From assembly GCA_013416795.1 (NCBI GenBank), contig RQSC01000028.1, positions 1,103,502 to 1,137,972 on the forward strand: DNA of 34,471 nucleotides, in the 5' to 3' direction. The translations under genes were made by a program, and so were the position numbers. This stretch comes from Prasinococcaceae sp. CCMP 1430. Taxonomy: Eukaryota; Plantae; Prasinodermophyta. Of this stretch, positions 1 through 12,100 are shown one piece after another; position 1 is the stretch's first letter; each line of letters starts with the position of its first letter. The notes below the pieces were generated by a model that was not told where the DNA came from, ran no database searches, and saw only the letters and a program-made list of their open reading frames with translations.

Positions 1-126
1 CGCCGACGGCGGCGGCGCCCGCGTGCGCCCGAGCCGGCACCCCCGCAGCACGAAGGTGACGGCCAAGGCGCCGGTGCGCGCGGCTCCTTTTCCTCGGAAG
101 GGCGACTCGCTCCGCTGGTGCTGTGG

Positions 127-2062
127 ATGGTGCCCTCCGCTGGCGCAGGTGCAGGCAGCGGTGTGGGCGCAAAGCGTGTCGCCTCGTCGCCGCCCGTCAC
201 CGCCGGTGCCGAGCACGCGACGCATCGCATTGCGTATGGAGCCGCCCAAGTCGGCGACATGCACGGCGGCGACGAACAGCAAGTGAATGCGCCACAGGGC
301 CAGGCCGGCGCTCGTGTCGCTATCGCGGAGCAGTTTAGGCCGCCAAGCTCGCCCGGCCAGCTGGCGATGCAGTTGAAAGGCGTGCGGCTCGACGCAGGCC
401 ACCGGAGCCAGGAGGAGTCCGCCTTCGCGCCAGCGGGATTGAAGGCCATTCGATGCGTCGGGCGGGGCTCGTTTGGTGAAGTGTGGCTAATGCGACACGA
501 CCTGACAGGCCGCGAGGTCGCTGTGAAGATGATAGACCGGGCGCGCCTAAATCCCACGCGTTTGCACCTGGTGCTGCGCGAGGCGCTTATCCACCGCCAG
601 CTGCACCACGCTGCAATCGTCGAGTTCTACTACATGGCGCTGACGCCTACGCACCTGTGTATTGTGATGGAGCACTGCTCCGGCGGGGAGCTCTTCGAGT
701 TCTTGAGAAGCACCGGGTGCCTCTCTGAGGATGCCGCGGTCTTGGTGATGCGCCAGCTCGTATCAGCTGTGCAATACCTCCACAATGTTGGCATGGTGCA
801 CCGAGACATCGTGCGTGCCTTGCCTGTTGCAATACGCCGCTGAGAATGTTGTGCGGCATGCCTGTTGGTTGTGTCCTGGTCGGCTGACGCGCGGCTCGCG
901 CCCGCACGCGCGCGGCTCTCGCATTGCTGCAACGAAGAAACTCGAGAACACGCTGCTGGTGTCCATGCCCGCAACGCCCGAAGACGTGCGCGTGAAGCTC
1001 GCCGACTTTGGCTACTCCAAGGACACGTGGCTTCAGAGCACACCAAAGACCCGAGTGGGCACGCTCGCCTACATGGCGCCGGAGCTCGTCATCAGGGCCA
1101 CGCACAGGGCGGCCAGCACCATCGCAGAAGACGAGGCTGGGGAGGCGGCGGCAGCGGCACAGCGCTCTTCTTCCGGCTCGCAGCACTCCGCGCACGGAGA
1201 TGACACCATGGTCTCCTCAAAGAGCACACCTCTTGGGTGTCCTCAGCTCAGCCCCGCGTCAGCGAGCGGCAGCGGAGGCGGCAGTATTGGAGCGAGCCTT
1301 GGCCAAGCAGGAGGACGAACCCGCAGCAGCGGTGGCGACGGTGGCATAGGCAGCGGGAGGAGCAGTGACAGCGCAGGCTCACCCTCCTCCCCGGGAGCAG
1401 AGCGTCGAACTCGCGAGTCCACCGCCGGCTCTGCATCCAATCTCCGCAGCGACTACGACGGACGTGCGGCGGACGTGTTCTCGCTCGGCGTATTGTTCTA
1501 CACCATGATCCTTGGGTCGTACCCATTTGAATTCAACGCTGCGCAAGCCGCCGCCGCCGCGGCGACTGACGGCGAGAGCAGCGCGGACGACCCAACGCGC
1601 GTGTACTCCAAGCTGAGCTTTCCCTCGGGGGACTCGTGCCCCTCTGAGGCCGCGTGCGAGCTTCTGGAGCGCATGCTTCACCCTCTGCCATCTCAGAGGG
1701 CGAGGCTCGAGGAGGTGCAAAACTCGCGCTTCCTGCGCAGGCGTGTCGCGCCCAAGTGGGTGCCGGGAAAGGCCCCGGACGCGGCTCTGGCGCCTCGCCG
1801 CCGCTCGAAGGCGCCCCCGCCACTGCAGGAGGCTGCCAACCAGAGTCAAAAAGACATTGAGGCGCTCGTGGCCGAAGCGGGGTCCACATACCAGAGAAAG
1901 GAGACTGCCGCCGCGTTTCGCTCGGTTCGGTCGCCCACCGAGGAGGAGTACGATGGCATGCTGTCGGGCATGGCAGACCTCGGCGACGACATGGGCATGG
2001 CGGTGTCTACGGGCGCGGCTGCCGTCGAGCCTGACACAGCGGGCATGTTCGACGAGCTCTAA
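127..2062 (+). CDS. SnRK2-like Ser/Thr protein kinase; exons 127..810 and 938..2062. The frame is open back to base 1, so the 5' end may be partial.
   Basis: GRGSFGEV, VAVK, HRDI|KLENTLL rejoined across GT-AG intron 811..937 (GTGCGT donor, CTGAC at 884-888), DFGYSK, RVGTLAYMAPE, YDGRAADVFSLGV, acidic C-tail. KLENTLL/DFGYSK/YDG are typical of SnRK2. Confidence 0.85.
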
Positions 2063-2186
2063 GGACTCGCGGCGAGGTCGCAGGCAAGGAAGGCCCCGAC
2101 GACCGCAGTGCCCGGCACAGGACCGCTTCCACGCCTCGCGGCCAAGATGTCACAAAGCATGAGCACACGCATACGATGTTTGCATT

Positions 2187-2191
2187 TGTAA
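2187..2191 (+). promoter_or_regulatory. TGTAA putative green-algal poly(A) signal downstream of the kinase
   Basis: TGTAA ~125 nt after the stop, in an AT-richer UTR. The same motif recurs at five other gene ends. Confidence 0.5.
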
Positions 2192-2353
2192 GTTGCACAC
2201 ACATGCATACGCACCCAAGAAGGTGCAGCGCTTGAGCCGCGACCTGCCAACGACCCATGGATTCGGCTGGTTGATTGGGGGAGCTATCGCACTCTACATT
2301 TATTCATCCGGCTGGCGGGCAAGGACGCGCGCGCCTTGCCGCGCATTCGCCGT

Positions 2354-3286
2354 TCACTTGGCGGGCTCGGAAGGCGCAGGAGTGCCGTTCGTCCCATTCG
2401 TGCCGTTCTCCTCCTTCTTCTTGTCTGCCTTCTTCTTGCCCTTCGTGAGCTTCTTGTACGCACCCTGGACGATCTTCGCCGTCCAGTACACGTTGCAGCA
2501 GAACACAGTTGCGACGCCGCCCGCCGCCATCCACCATCCCTTGCACTTGCGCATGCCGCCCTTGTCCTTCACAACCCCCATCGTCTCCTTGAGCACGTTC
2601 CACGAATACCTTGTGCGCCACAGGAATGCGAGCGGCATGATGAGGCCGAGCGCGGCGCCGTGAATGCCACGCAGCTTGCCCGACGCCTTCGCGAGCCGGA
2701 GCGACACCGGCAGCGCGGTGGTGCACTCGGTGACGACGAGCTTCACGCCCGGCCCGAAGAAGGCGCCGTTGTGCATGAACAGGCAGAACGTGCCCGCGAC
2801 GACCGCGGCGACGTGGTGCACGAGCATGTCCTTGCTCATGGGCTTGCCGCCGTTGGAGGTGTCCCACCAGGAGTAGAACATTTCCAGGGCGAGGTGCACA
2901 ACGGCGATCTCGACCAGCGTCTGCCTGATGGCGCCCAGCGAGTCCTTCGTGGCGATGCCCGAGAGCGCGCCGATGAGCACCAGGAAGCCCATGTCGATGC
3001 CCGCGGCGAGGGTCTCTCGCTCCTTGGCGGCGCCGGCGCACGACACGGCGAACATTTTGGAGGCCAGACAGAGGACGGCGGTCTGGGTGCCCTTGCCGGG
3101 CAGCGCGTCCAGGACGAAGTTGCCCGCGCGCTTGCGCCCCTTGTCGGCCTGCTTCCCCGCCGTCGCACCGTCAGCGCCTCGCCGCTCGCGGTCGTACTTG
3201 TGGTAGGTGATGCTGATGGGCCCGAGGTCCAGCCGCGGATTCTCTTCCGCCACCCCCTCCTCCGCGTGCGCCGCGCGCGGCGCCAC
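2354..3286 (-). CDS. TLC (TRAM/LAG1/CLN8)-domain multi-pass membrane protein, 5' end unresolved
   Basis: Several hydrophobic helices with the TLC-like motifs LVHH, VTECTT, FLWR and NVYW..KI, and a Lys-rich tail. The ORF starts at GTG directly after TAG; in-frame ATGs occur only internally. Confidence 0.72.
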   Translation of the reverse strand: MAPRAAHAEEGVAEENPRLDLGPISITYHKYDRERRGADGATAGKQADKGRKRAGNFVLDALPGKGTQTAVLCLASKMFAVSCAGAAKERETLAAGIDMGFLVLIGALSGIATKDSLGAIRQTLVEIAVVHLALEMFYSWWDTSNGGKPMSKDMLVHHVAAVVAGTFCLFMHNGAFFGPGVKLVVTECTTALPVSLRLAKASGKLRGIHGAALGLIMPLAFLWRTRYSWNVLKETMGVVKDKGGMRKCKGWWMAAGGVATVFCCNVYWTAKIVQGAYKKLTKGKKKADKKKEENGTNGTNGTPAPSEPAK

Positions 3287-3647
3287 CTACAGCGTCAACG
3301 ACGCGTCCTCCGCCGCGTGGCCCGCGGCGTCGCGCGCGTTCGTCGGCGCGCGAAAGGCCGCCGGCTGCAAGCTGCGCTACGTGGGCTCGATGATCGCGGA
3401 CGTGCACCGCACGCTGCTGCAGGGCGGCGTCTTCCTGTACCCGCCGACGGCCGGCCAGCCGCGCGGGAAGCTCAGGCTCCTGTACGAGTGCGGGCCGCTC
3501 GCGTACGTGTGCGCGGGCGCCGGCGGGCGCGCCGTCGACGCAGACGGCAAGGACGTGCTCGACGTGGTGCCGGAGGAGCTGCACGCGCGCTCGCCCATCG
3601 TCGTGGGCAGCGCCGAGGACGTCGCGGAATACGCCGCGCTGCTGTAA
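3264..3647 (+). pseudogene. C-terminal fragment of a class I fructose-1,6-bisphosphatase (truncated gene or misjoined contig)
   Basis: [10 protein letters not shown]...[24 protein letters not shown]...[14 protein letters not shown]...GG...[19 protein letters not shown] matches the FBPase C-terminal half. No DPLDGS-containing N-terminal half is visible upstream. Confidence 0.85.
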
Positions 3648-3691
3648 GTACGTAATATTTTGCTTTCGCAAATTCGCAATTAGTCTACCCG

Positions 3692-3717
3692 GTGGGTTTG
3701 GGTTGGGTTTAGGGTTG
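3692..3717 (+). repeat. Short degenerate telomeric tract
   Basis: GGTGGGTTTGGGTTGGGTTTAGGGTT. Confidence 0.65.
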
Positions 3718-3886
3718 CCGTCAAACACGCGCTGGGCAGGAGCAGAGGGAGTCGTCTCGACGGTGTGCTCGCTCTCCCTCGGCGTCCCGCTGCGCAACCC
3801 AAGAAAGAGGAGGGCGGCCACCACGGCGGCGGCGGCGACGCTGGCGGCGGAGATGCCGCCGGCGCTGTGAGGCGCAAAAGTCCTCG

Positions 3887-4070
3887 AAGGCGGGCTCTCG
3901 GGAGGAGGCGGTGGGCTCGGAGGAGGAGGAGGAGGCTGAGGCGGGCTCGGAGGAGGCGGTGGAGGAGGCGGAGAAGGCGGGCTCGGAGGAGGTGGGCTCG
4001 GAGGATGCGGTGGAGGAGGCGGAGGAAGCGCCCTCGGAGGAGGTCGTGATGGAGAAGGAGGGCTCAGGAA
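3887..4070 (+). repeat. Imperfect purine-rich tandem repeat (GGGCTCGGAGGAGG-like units) that could encode GSEE(A/V) acidic repeats; ORF ends at 4117
   Basis: Recurrent GGCTCGGAGGA units; translation GSREEAVGSEEEEEAEAGSEEAVEEAEKAGSEEVGSED. Confidence 0.6.
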
Positions 4071-4471
4071 AAGACGGGAAGGGCCAGAAGGTCCACAGGC
4101 GCGAAAGAGATGCATAAAAACGCAGTCCGTGGTCGTACACTCGCCGGGGTCGGGCCAATGCGCCACAACACGCGCCGCTCGTACGAAACATCAATAACAA
4201 AAATGCAACCCACGCCATGCAGCGACGACGTGCCTACACACCATAACGTGTCGCTGTAGACGTACGTCAAAATCAATCAGATGCAGTGAAAACGTCAAAC
4301 AGTCATAACTCTGCGCTCGCAGGTGCATTTCGATATCTGCAAAGTGCTACGGGATCGTAGTGATCCGCCGCAGCCTCTGCGCGCTCCACCCGCGGGCACA
4401 AACACCTGCAAGATGCTCGTCAAGGAACCGCCGAGACGGCAGCAAAAGCCTGAAAACCCTACCCTGAATTC

Positions 4472-4667
4472 AGGGTTTAGGGTTTAGGGTTTAGGGTTTA
4501 GGGTTTAGGGTTTAAGGGTTTAGGGTTTAGGGTTTAGGGTTTAGGGTTTAGGGTTTAGGGTTTAGGGTTTAGGGTTTAGGGTTTAGGGTTTAGGGTTTAG
4601 GGTTTAGGGGTTTAGGGTTTAGGGTTTAGGGTTTAGGGTTTAGGGTTTAGGGTTTAGGGTTTAGGGT
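4472..4667 (+). repeat. Internal plant-type telomeric array (TTTAGGG)n, about 28 units
   Basis: 196 nt of near-perfect AGGGTTT units with two single-base-insertion variants (TTTAAGGG, TTTAGGGG). Confidence 0.98.
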
Positions 4668-7335
4668 CGCGCACGGCGCGCGGCCGCCACGCGGCGCGCA
4701 CGGACGGCGGCCGCGCACCAGACGCCGCCGGAGGGATGGCTCGAGCCGGAGACGCTCACCATCAGCATGGTGCGTTCCCAGGCGGCGGCGAGCGCGCCGG
4801 TGTATCCCGCCCGTGTGTGGAGCTCGTCGGAGCCTGACACGGACGCCCGCCCGAGCGCCGCCCGCGCCCCGCATGTGCGCATCTGACACCGCCGGCCTCC
4901 TTCGCGCCCCATCGCAGGGAGGGAAAGAGATCACCCTCGAGACGGGCAAGATTGGGCGCCAGGCGGACGGCAGCGTCGTCGCGCGCTGCGGCGACACGGT
5001 GCTGTTCGCCACGGCATGCAAGAGCTACGATGTGGTGGGCGACGGCACGTTCGCGCCGTTCATGGTGCAGTACCAGGAGAAGTTCAGCGCCGCCGGGAAG
5101 ACGAGCGGCTCGTTCCAGCGCCGCGAGGGCAAGCTCCGCGACGAGGAGGTGCTGACGTGTCGCCTCATCGACCGCCCGCTGCGGCCGCTCTTCCCCAAGG
5201 GCTGGGCATTCGACACTCAGGTCTTGACCAACCTCATGTCGTACGACGGCGAGAACCGCGCAGAGCCGCTGGCGATCACCGCATCGTCCGCCGCGCTCGC
5301 GCTGTCGAGCGTGCCCGTGACCGCCGCCGTCGCCGGCGCGCGCGTGGGCCTCATCGACGGCCAGCTTGTGCTCAACCCAACGACATCCCAGATGAAGGAG
5401 TCCACCCTTGACCTGGTGATGGCAGGCACGAAGCGCGCTGTGCTGATGATCGAGGGCTTCGCCGACTTCCTACCCGAGGAGACGCTGCTCGAGGCCGTCG
5501 AGATGGGGCAGGCGGCCATCGCAGAGACGGCGGCGGCCATAGAGGAGTGGGCGGCGCGAGTGGGCAAGCCAAAGCACGAGGGTGACCTGCTGCTGCCGCC
5601 GGATGACCTCTTGGAGGTGGCACGAGCGGCGGCGGGCGATGCGTACGACAGCGCGATGCGCATCTCGGAGAAGAAGGAGCGTGGCAAGGCCCTGGCGGCG
5701 GCGGGCGCGCTGCTCGACGCGGCGTTGGAGGGTGAGGATGGCGAGAGCAAGTACGATTCCGCGCATGTGCAGGGTGCGATCAAAACGCTGTGCACCGACG
5801 CCATGCGCGGCATGCTGCGCAAGGAGGGCCTGCGCTCCGACGGGCGTGGCAGGGAGGACGTGCGCCCCATCAGGGCCGAGGCCTCTGCTCTGCCGTGCAC
5901 CCACGGCTCGGCGCTCTTCACGCGCGGCGAGACGCAGGTCATGGCCGTGTGCACGCTTGGGGGGGACAAGTCCTCGCAGCTGATCGACGACCTCGACGGC
6001 GGCGGCCACAAGACGTTCTACCTGCAGTACAATTTCCCGCCGAGCTCGGTCGGCGAGGTGGGCCGCACCGGCGCACCTGGGCGGCGGGAGGTCGGCCATG
6101 GGGCGCTCGCGGAGAAGGCGCTACGCCCCGCGCTGCCGAGCTATGACAGCGGCGACTGGGGGTACGTCACGCGCGTCGAGTCCACCACCACCGAAAGCAA
6201 CGGCTCGAGTTCCATGGCCAGCGTGTGCGGCGGCTGCCTGGCGATGGAGGATGCTGGCGTGCCGCTCAAGGCTCGGGTGGCGGGCATCGCTATGGGCCTC
6301 ATCCTGCCCGAGGAAGACGATGATGACGCCGAGCCAATCATCCTCACAGATATCCTGGGCTCTGAGGACGCGCTGGGCCAGATGGACTTCAAGATCGCTG
6401 GCAGCGAGGACGCGGTGACGGCCTTCCAGCTGGACATCAAGGTGGAGGGCATCACGATCGACATCATGCGCATGGCGCTGGCGCAGGCCAAGCGCGGCCG
6501 CACGCACATCCTCGGGGAAATGGCCAAGTGCTCGCCGCCGCCGCGTGGCCAGCTGGCCGATTCCGCGCCGCGCATCATCACGGTGTCCTACCCGGAGGAG
6601 CTGCGTGCCAAAATCATTGGCAAAGGAGGCGAGAACATCCAGGGCATCATTGCCGAGTCTGGCGTCTCGGAGATGAACCTCGACGGCGGCGTATGCACGA
6701 TCACCGCTCCGAGCGGCGAGGCGGCCGACAAGGCCATCGAGTTGCTCAAGCCGTACACTGAAGTGCCTGAGGTGGGCAAGGTGTACACCAACTGCGTGGT
6801 GAAAAAGATCACACCCTTCGGCGCTTTCGTGGAGATTGTGCCCGGGCAGGACGGTCTCATCCACATCTCCGACGTTGCCGTGGAGCGCATCGACAAGGTG
6901 GAGGACGTGCTCAGTGAGGGCGAAACTGTGGATGAGGTCAAGTGCGTCATGATCACCGAGAAGGGGCAGATCAGGCTGAGCCGCAAAGCCTGTCTGCCGG
7001 GCGGGGACAGCGCGGCCTACGACAATGGTGCTGGGGCTGCGGCGGCCGCTGAGGCAAAGAAGGCCGCGCAGGCTGCCCTGGAGGCCATCGAGGTCGGTCA
7101 GGAGTTCGTTGGCGCGGAAGTGGTATCGGTGATGCCCTACGGCTGCTTCGTGCGCCTGCAGGAGGGCATCGACGCACTCGTGCACGTGTCGCAGTTCTCG
7201 GAGCGGCGTAATGAGGACGCGCGCGACCTCGTGTCGGAGGGCATGGTTGTGTCCGTGGCAGTGGAGGGGCGAAACGACAAGGGCAAGCTGCAGCTCAAGA
7301 AGATCTCAGACTTTGCCGACTCGGACACCGACTAG
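4665..7335 (+). CDS. PNP1: Plastid-type polyribonucleotide nucleotidyltransferase (PNPase), 5'-truncated; exons 4665..4769 and 4918..7335
   Basis: ETGKIGRQADG, YQEKFSAAG, RLIDRPLRPLF, RSDGRG, HGSALFTRGETQ, GRREVGHG, ESNGSSSMAS, MDFKIAG, LDIK, KH motif IIGKGG and two S1 domains. Phase-0 intron 4770..4917 (GTGCGT...CTGAC...CAG). The upstream exon is an Arg/Ala-rich transit-like sequence that begins at the array without an ATG. Confidence 0.93.
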
Positions 7336-7541
7336 AGCGTGTGTATGTGTGGCCTGTCTGTTATGCATCCTAATTTGTGTGCGGCGTAATCAAGGCACGA
7401 TTTCGATAGATAGTCTGGTGCAGCGTCCACATCTTTCTCTCATCGCGCTACAGCTTCGAACTTATGGGTGCGTCGCGGCCCCACGCGGCGCAGCGCAGCG
7501 CCACGACCGCCAGACACCCACGCTCCGATCACACGGTGCCA

Positions 7542-8825
<1,284 letters not shown>

Positions 8826-8826
8826 G

Positions 8827-8827
8827 N
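8827..8827. other. Single-N scaffold junction or ambiguous base
   Basis: N next to a G-run, 23 nt upstream of the ubiquitin ATG. Confidence 0.9.
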
Positions 8828-9144
8828 CTCTTACCAAATTTCTAGTCTATGCGAAATCCAGGGGCGTCCGTCCACGTGGAAAGTGAACAAAAAACGGGCC
8901 GGATTTGGCGCGGCGCGGCGGTCGCCCGATGCGCCGCGGGTGCGCGCGGGCGGCGTGCGTCCGCTGCGGGGGCGGAGCTCGGCGGGGCAGGGGCGCCACA
9001 GCGGCTGGGGTGTCACACGCGCCGCGCGGTGGGTTGTGGCGGGGCGAAGGCCCGGGAGTCGACGAGGACCCTCAATTCACCCCTCTGGGGAAAAGGCACC
9101 CCGTGCGGGGAGGGGAGGGGCGGGGAGGGGGCGCGGGGGCGGCG

Positions 9145-12100
9145 ATGGTGCTGGAGGGACACGGCGCGGCGGGCGGCGCGAGCGGCGGCATGCCGCTCAG
9201 AGCGTGTCCTGAGGCGGAAGGTGGAGCACCTTCCGAGCAAGCGACGAGTGCTCCCGCCGATGCCTCCGGTGTGGGCACCGACGGCGGCGGCGCAAAAGCC
9301 GCGAAGGAAGCAGCGGGCCTCGCGCGCGTGCGACGGCTGATGGACACGGGCACGCCTTCGCCGGGTTCCACACGTTCCGTGCTGCCGAGCCCCGGACTCA
9401 ATCACGGCGCGAGAGCTATCGCCGACTCGCACACCAGCGTCTCGGCGCGCACGAGCAGCAGCAGCGACGAGGACGTGGAAGACGTCGTGCCGTTCTCGAA
9501 TTCGCGGTCGCGATGGAGTCTGCTGCGCAAGCTGAAGACGGTGGAGACGGACGAGCGCACGGGCACTATCACGCACACGCAGAACGTCACGGCGCACAAG
9601 CCAAAGGCCGGCGTGAAGTCTGCGGCGCAGTCGCTTACCGCCAAGCGCTTGGGGAAGGATCTGAGCTACTTCGGCAGCGCGCTTGATCAGAAGGGCCAGA
9701 AGAGCAAGCTGTCGCGGCTCAGGCTCAGGGAGGGCGCGGTTTTGGCGAATAAGCCACAGGGTCGGTCGAGCATATCCGACCGCCTGCGGCAGGTGTTCGG
9801 CAACAGCCCCGTCATCGACAGGTTGCAGATTGCCGATATCTACGCCGAAAGCTCGCTCGGCGGACGTCTCGGAAAGACGGAGACCGTGGGCACGACGTCT
9901 ACGTTCGTGATCAAATCGCTCGCGTCGCACATCAAGCTAGAGCCCGCCGATTTTTGCGTATGCGTGCGGCGGGGCCCTGGCAGCCCTTCGTTCTTCGTCT
10001 CCTCCGCATCCAAAGGTCGTAAACGCCCGGCGAACCACCAGGGGCCGCAGTTGTTCCTTGTCGAGTGGGTGCCACCCACGAGTGGTACGTACGTGATTTC
10101 CGTAAATTGCTGCGGCCAGCCGGTCAGGGGTTCTCCCTTCAAGTTCGCGGTCGAGTCGAGCCGTAGCATGCCACAGATGTGTCTCATGACCGGCCCAGGC
10201 CTCAAAGAGCAGCTAGTGGGCACGCGCAACATTTTCAGCATCATCGCACGTGACCAGGCGCAGCGCCAGCGTTCCTCTGGCGGTGACAACTTCTCTGCAA
10301 CCATATCGGGGCCGGGCGAGGTGCGCGGTCTCGCAGTGTGCGACAACGACGACGGAACGTACGACGTGCCCTTCCATGTGCGCATCCCGGGCACGTACAC
10401 CGTGGAGGTCGCGCTCGACGGCGTAGCCATCAAGGGCTCGCCCTGCAAAGTGGACGCGCTAGTCGGCAGGGCGCACGCGCGCTCGACCATCTTGAGCGGC
10501 CCGGGCATCGCCGACGCCCGTGCAGGCGATTTCACCTCTTTCAATATTCAGGCGTGCGACCGCTATGGCAACCAGCTGCGCACGGGCGGCGCGAACTTTA
10601 CCGCAATTCTCATTACCGCGCGCAGTCAGGCCGCTGTCAAGGACGCAGCCTCAGTTGCGTCCGTGACGGACGTCACGCTCGAGGGCAGATCCGGAAGAGA
10701 CAACAGGCTGCTCGGCCCTTCGCGAGGCGGCCGCTCGACCGAGACGCTCATCAACGACGACGGCACCATCGACTGCACCAAATTGACGCAGCGCAAGACC
10801 GCGCCACGCGAGGACCTCAGCATTGTGGTAATCGACAACGGCGATGGCACTTACAAGGTGCGCTATCGCGTCGACAAGTGCGGTCAGCATCTGCTGCGAG
10901 TTGCCCTCGATGGCGTGACGTGCACCGAACATTGGTTGCCGGTGAGCGTGAAGAGTGGCTCGTCGCACTCTATGGGCTGCAGGGTTGAAGGCGCCGCGCC
11001 GCATTCTGTCGTCGCCGGCGATGCCGTCACCGCCCGTGTTGTTGCTGCGGATCGCTTTGGAAACCTGCGCGGCGTTGGTGGCGATGCCTTCAAGGTGCAG
11101 GTCAAACAGACCGGTGGCAAGACGCCTGGGCATGATCACGAAAAGGGCTCGCACCAGACGGCGCAGGACATACAAGTGCAGACAAGCGTGGTCGACCACG
11201 GGGATGGCTCGTACGATGTGTCCTGGATGTCTTCGCTCGCGGGCACGTACCAGACCACCGTGCTGCTAGAGGGGCCGGACGGGCGCGACGGCGCGGGTTG
11301 TGTGCTGGGCAGCCCCTTCCCGACGGTGGTGACGCCAGCGGAAGCGCACATACCTGTGTGCAAAGCCGCAGGTGGCGACGTATTTGAGACGCACTCGGGC
11401 GTGGACTCGTACATTCATCTTCGCATGCTGGACAAGTTCGGGAACGCAATCAGGCAGGCAGAGGTGAAGCTCGCTTCGAGCGTGGAAGGCCCCGGCCCGA
11501 TGGCCGTCGAGATGGCGCAGAGCGTGGAAAACGGCGAGTATGTCGTTGTGTACAACTCGAGCACGGCAGGAACGTACTTGATTCGCATTTTCGACGCAAA
11601 GACCGACGAGTCGATCGAGGGCTCCCCTTTTCAGGTACTCGTGTACCCAGGACCCGTGTCAGCCACAGACTGCTTCGCGAGCACGAGGGTGGCGCTTGCA
11701 AGGGGCAGCGGCGCTCTCTGCGATGTCGGCGAGGATCCGTCAAAACACTGGGGCGAGGTCGTCGAGTCGGTACTGACCTCGATGAGCGCTGGCGTGCCGC
11801 AGGAGTTTATGCTCGTGGCGCGCGACGCCAACGGCAACAGGACCGAGATTGCTCAAGAAAGCGGATTCGCAGTGGAACTGGTGCTCGCACAGCCCACCGG
11901 AGACGCGCGGCAGGCGGCCCTCGGTCAAGCAATTATAGTGTCGGCAGATGGCGACATCGACGCCGGCTTGGCGGGCGCCGCGGCGGAGGCAGGTCTCTGT
12001 TGCAAGGGCACCGTGGAGAGCGAGGGCAGCGGCGAGTATTGCGTGCGCTTCACCCCCGCGGTGGCGGGCGAGTACCAGTTGCACGTGCTGTTGGATGGCG

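Noticed and set aside
3706-4465. Imperfect inverted repeat (AGGGTTGCCGTC vs GACGGCA...AACCCT) bounding the subtelomeric block as a transposon
   Set aside because: Only 7 bp of non-telomeric match, with a 13-nt interruption; compatible with chance
4472-4667. CRISPR-like or coding repeat
   Set aside because: No spacers; a pure 7-bp telomeric unit with stops in all plus frames
8905-9144. N-terminal extension of the filamin protein from TTG 8905 or ATG 8929
   Set aside because: It translates promoter-like G-runs and low-complexity sequence; ATG 9145 has better context. Not fully excluded.
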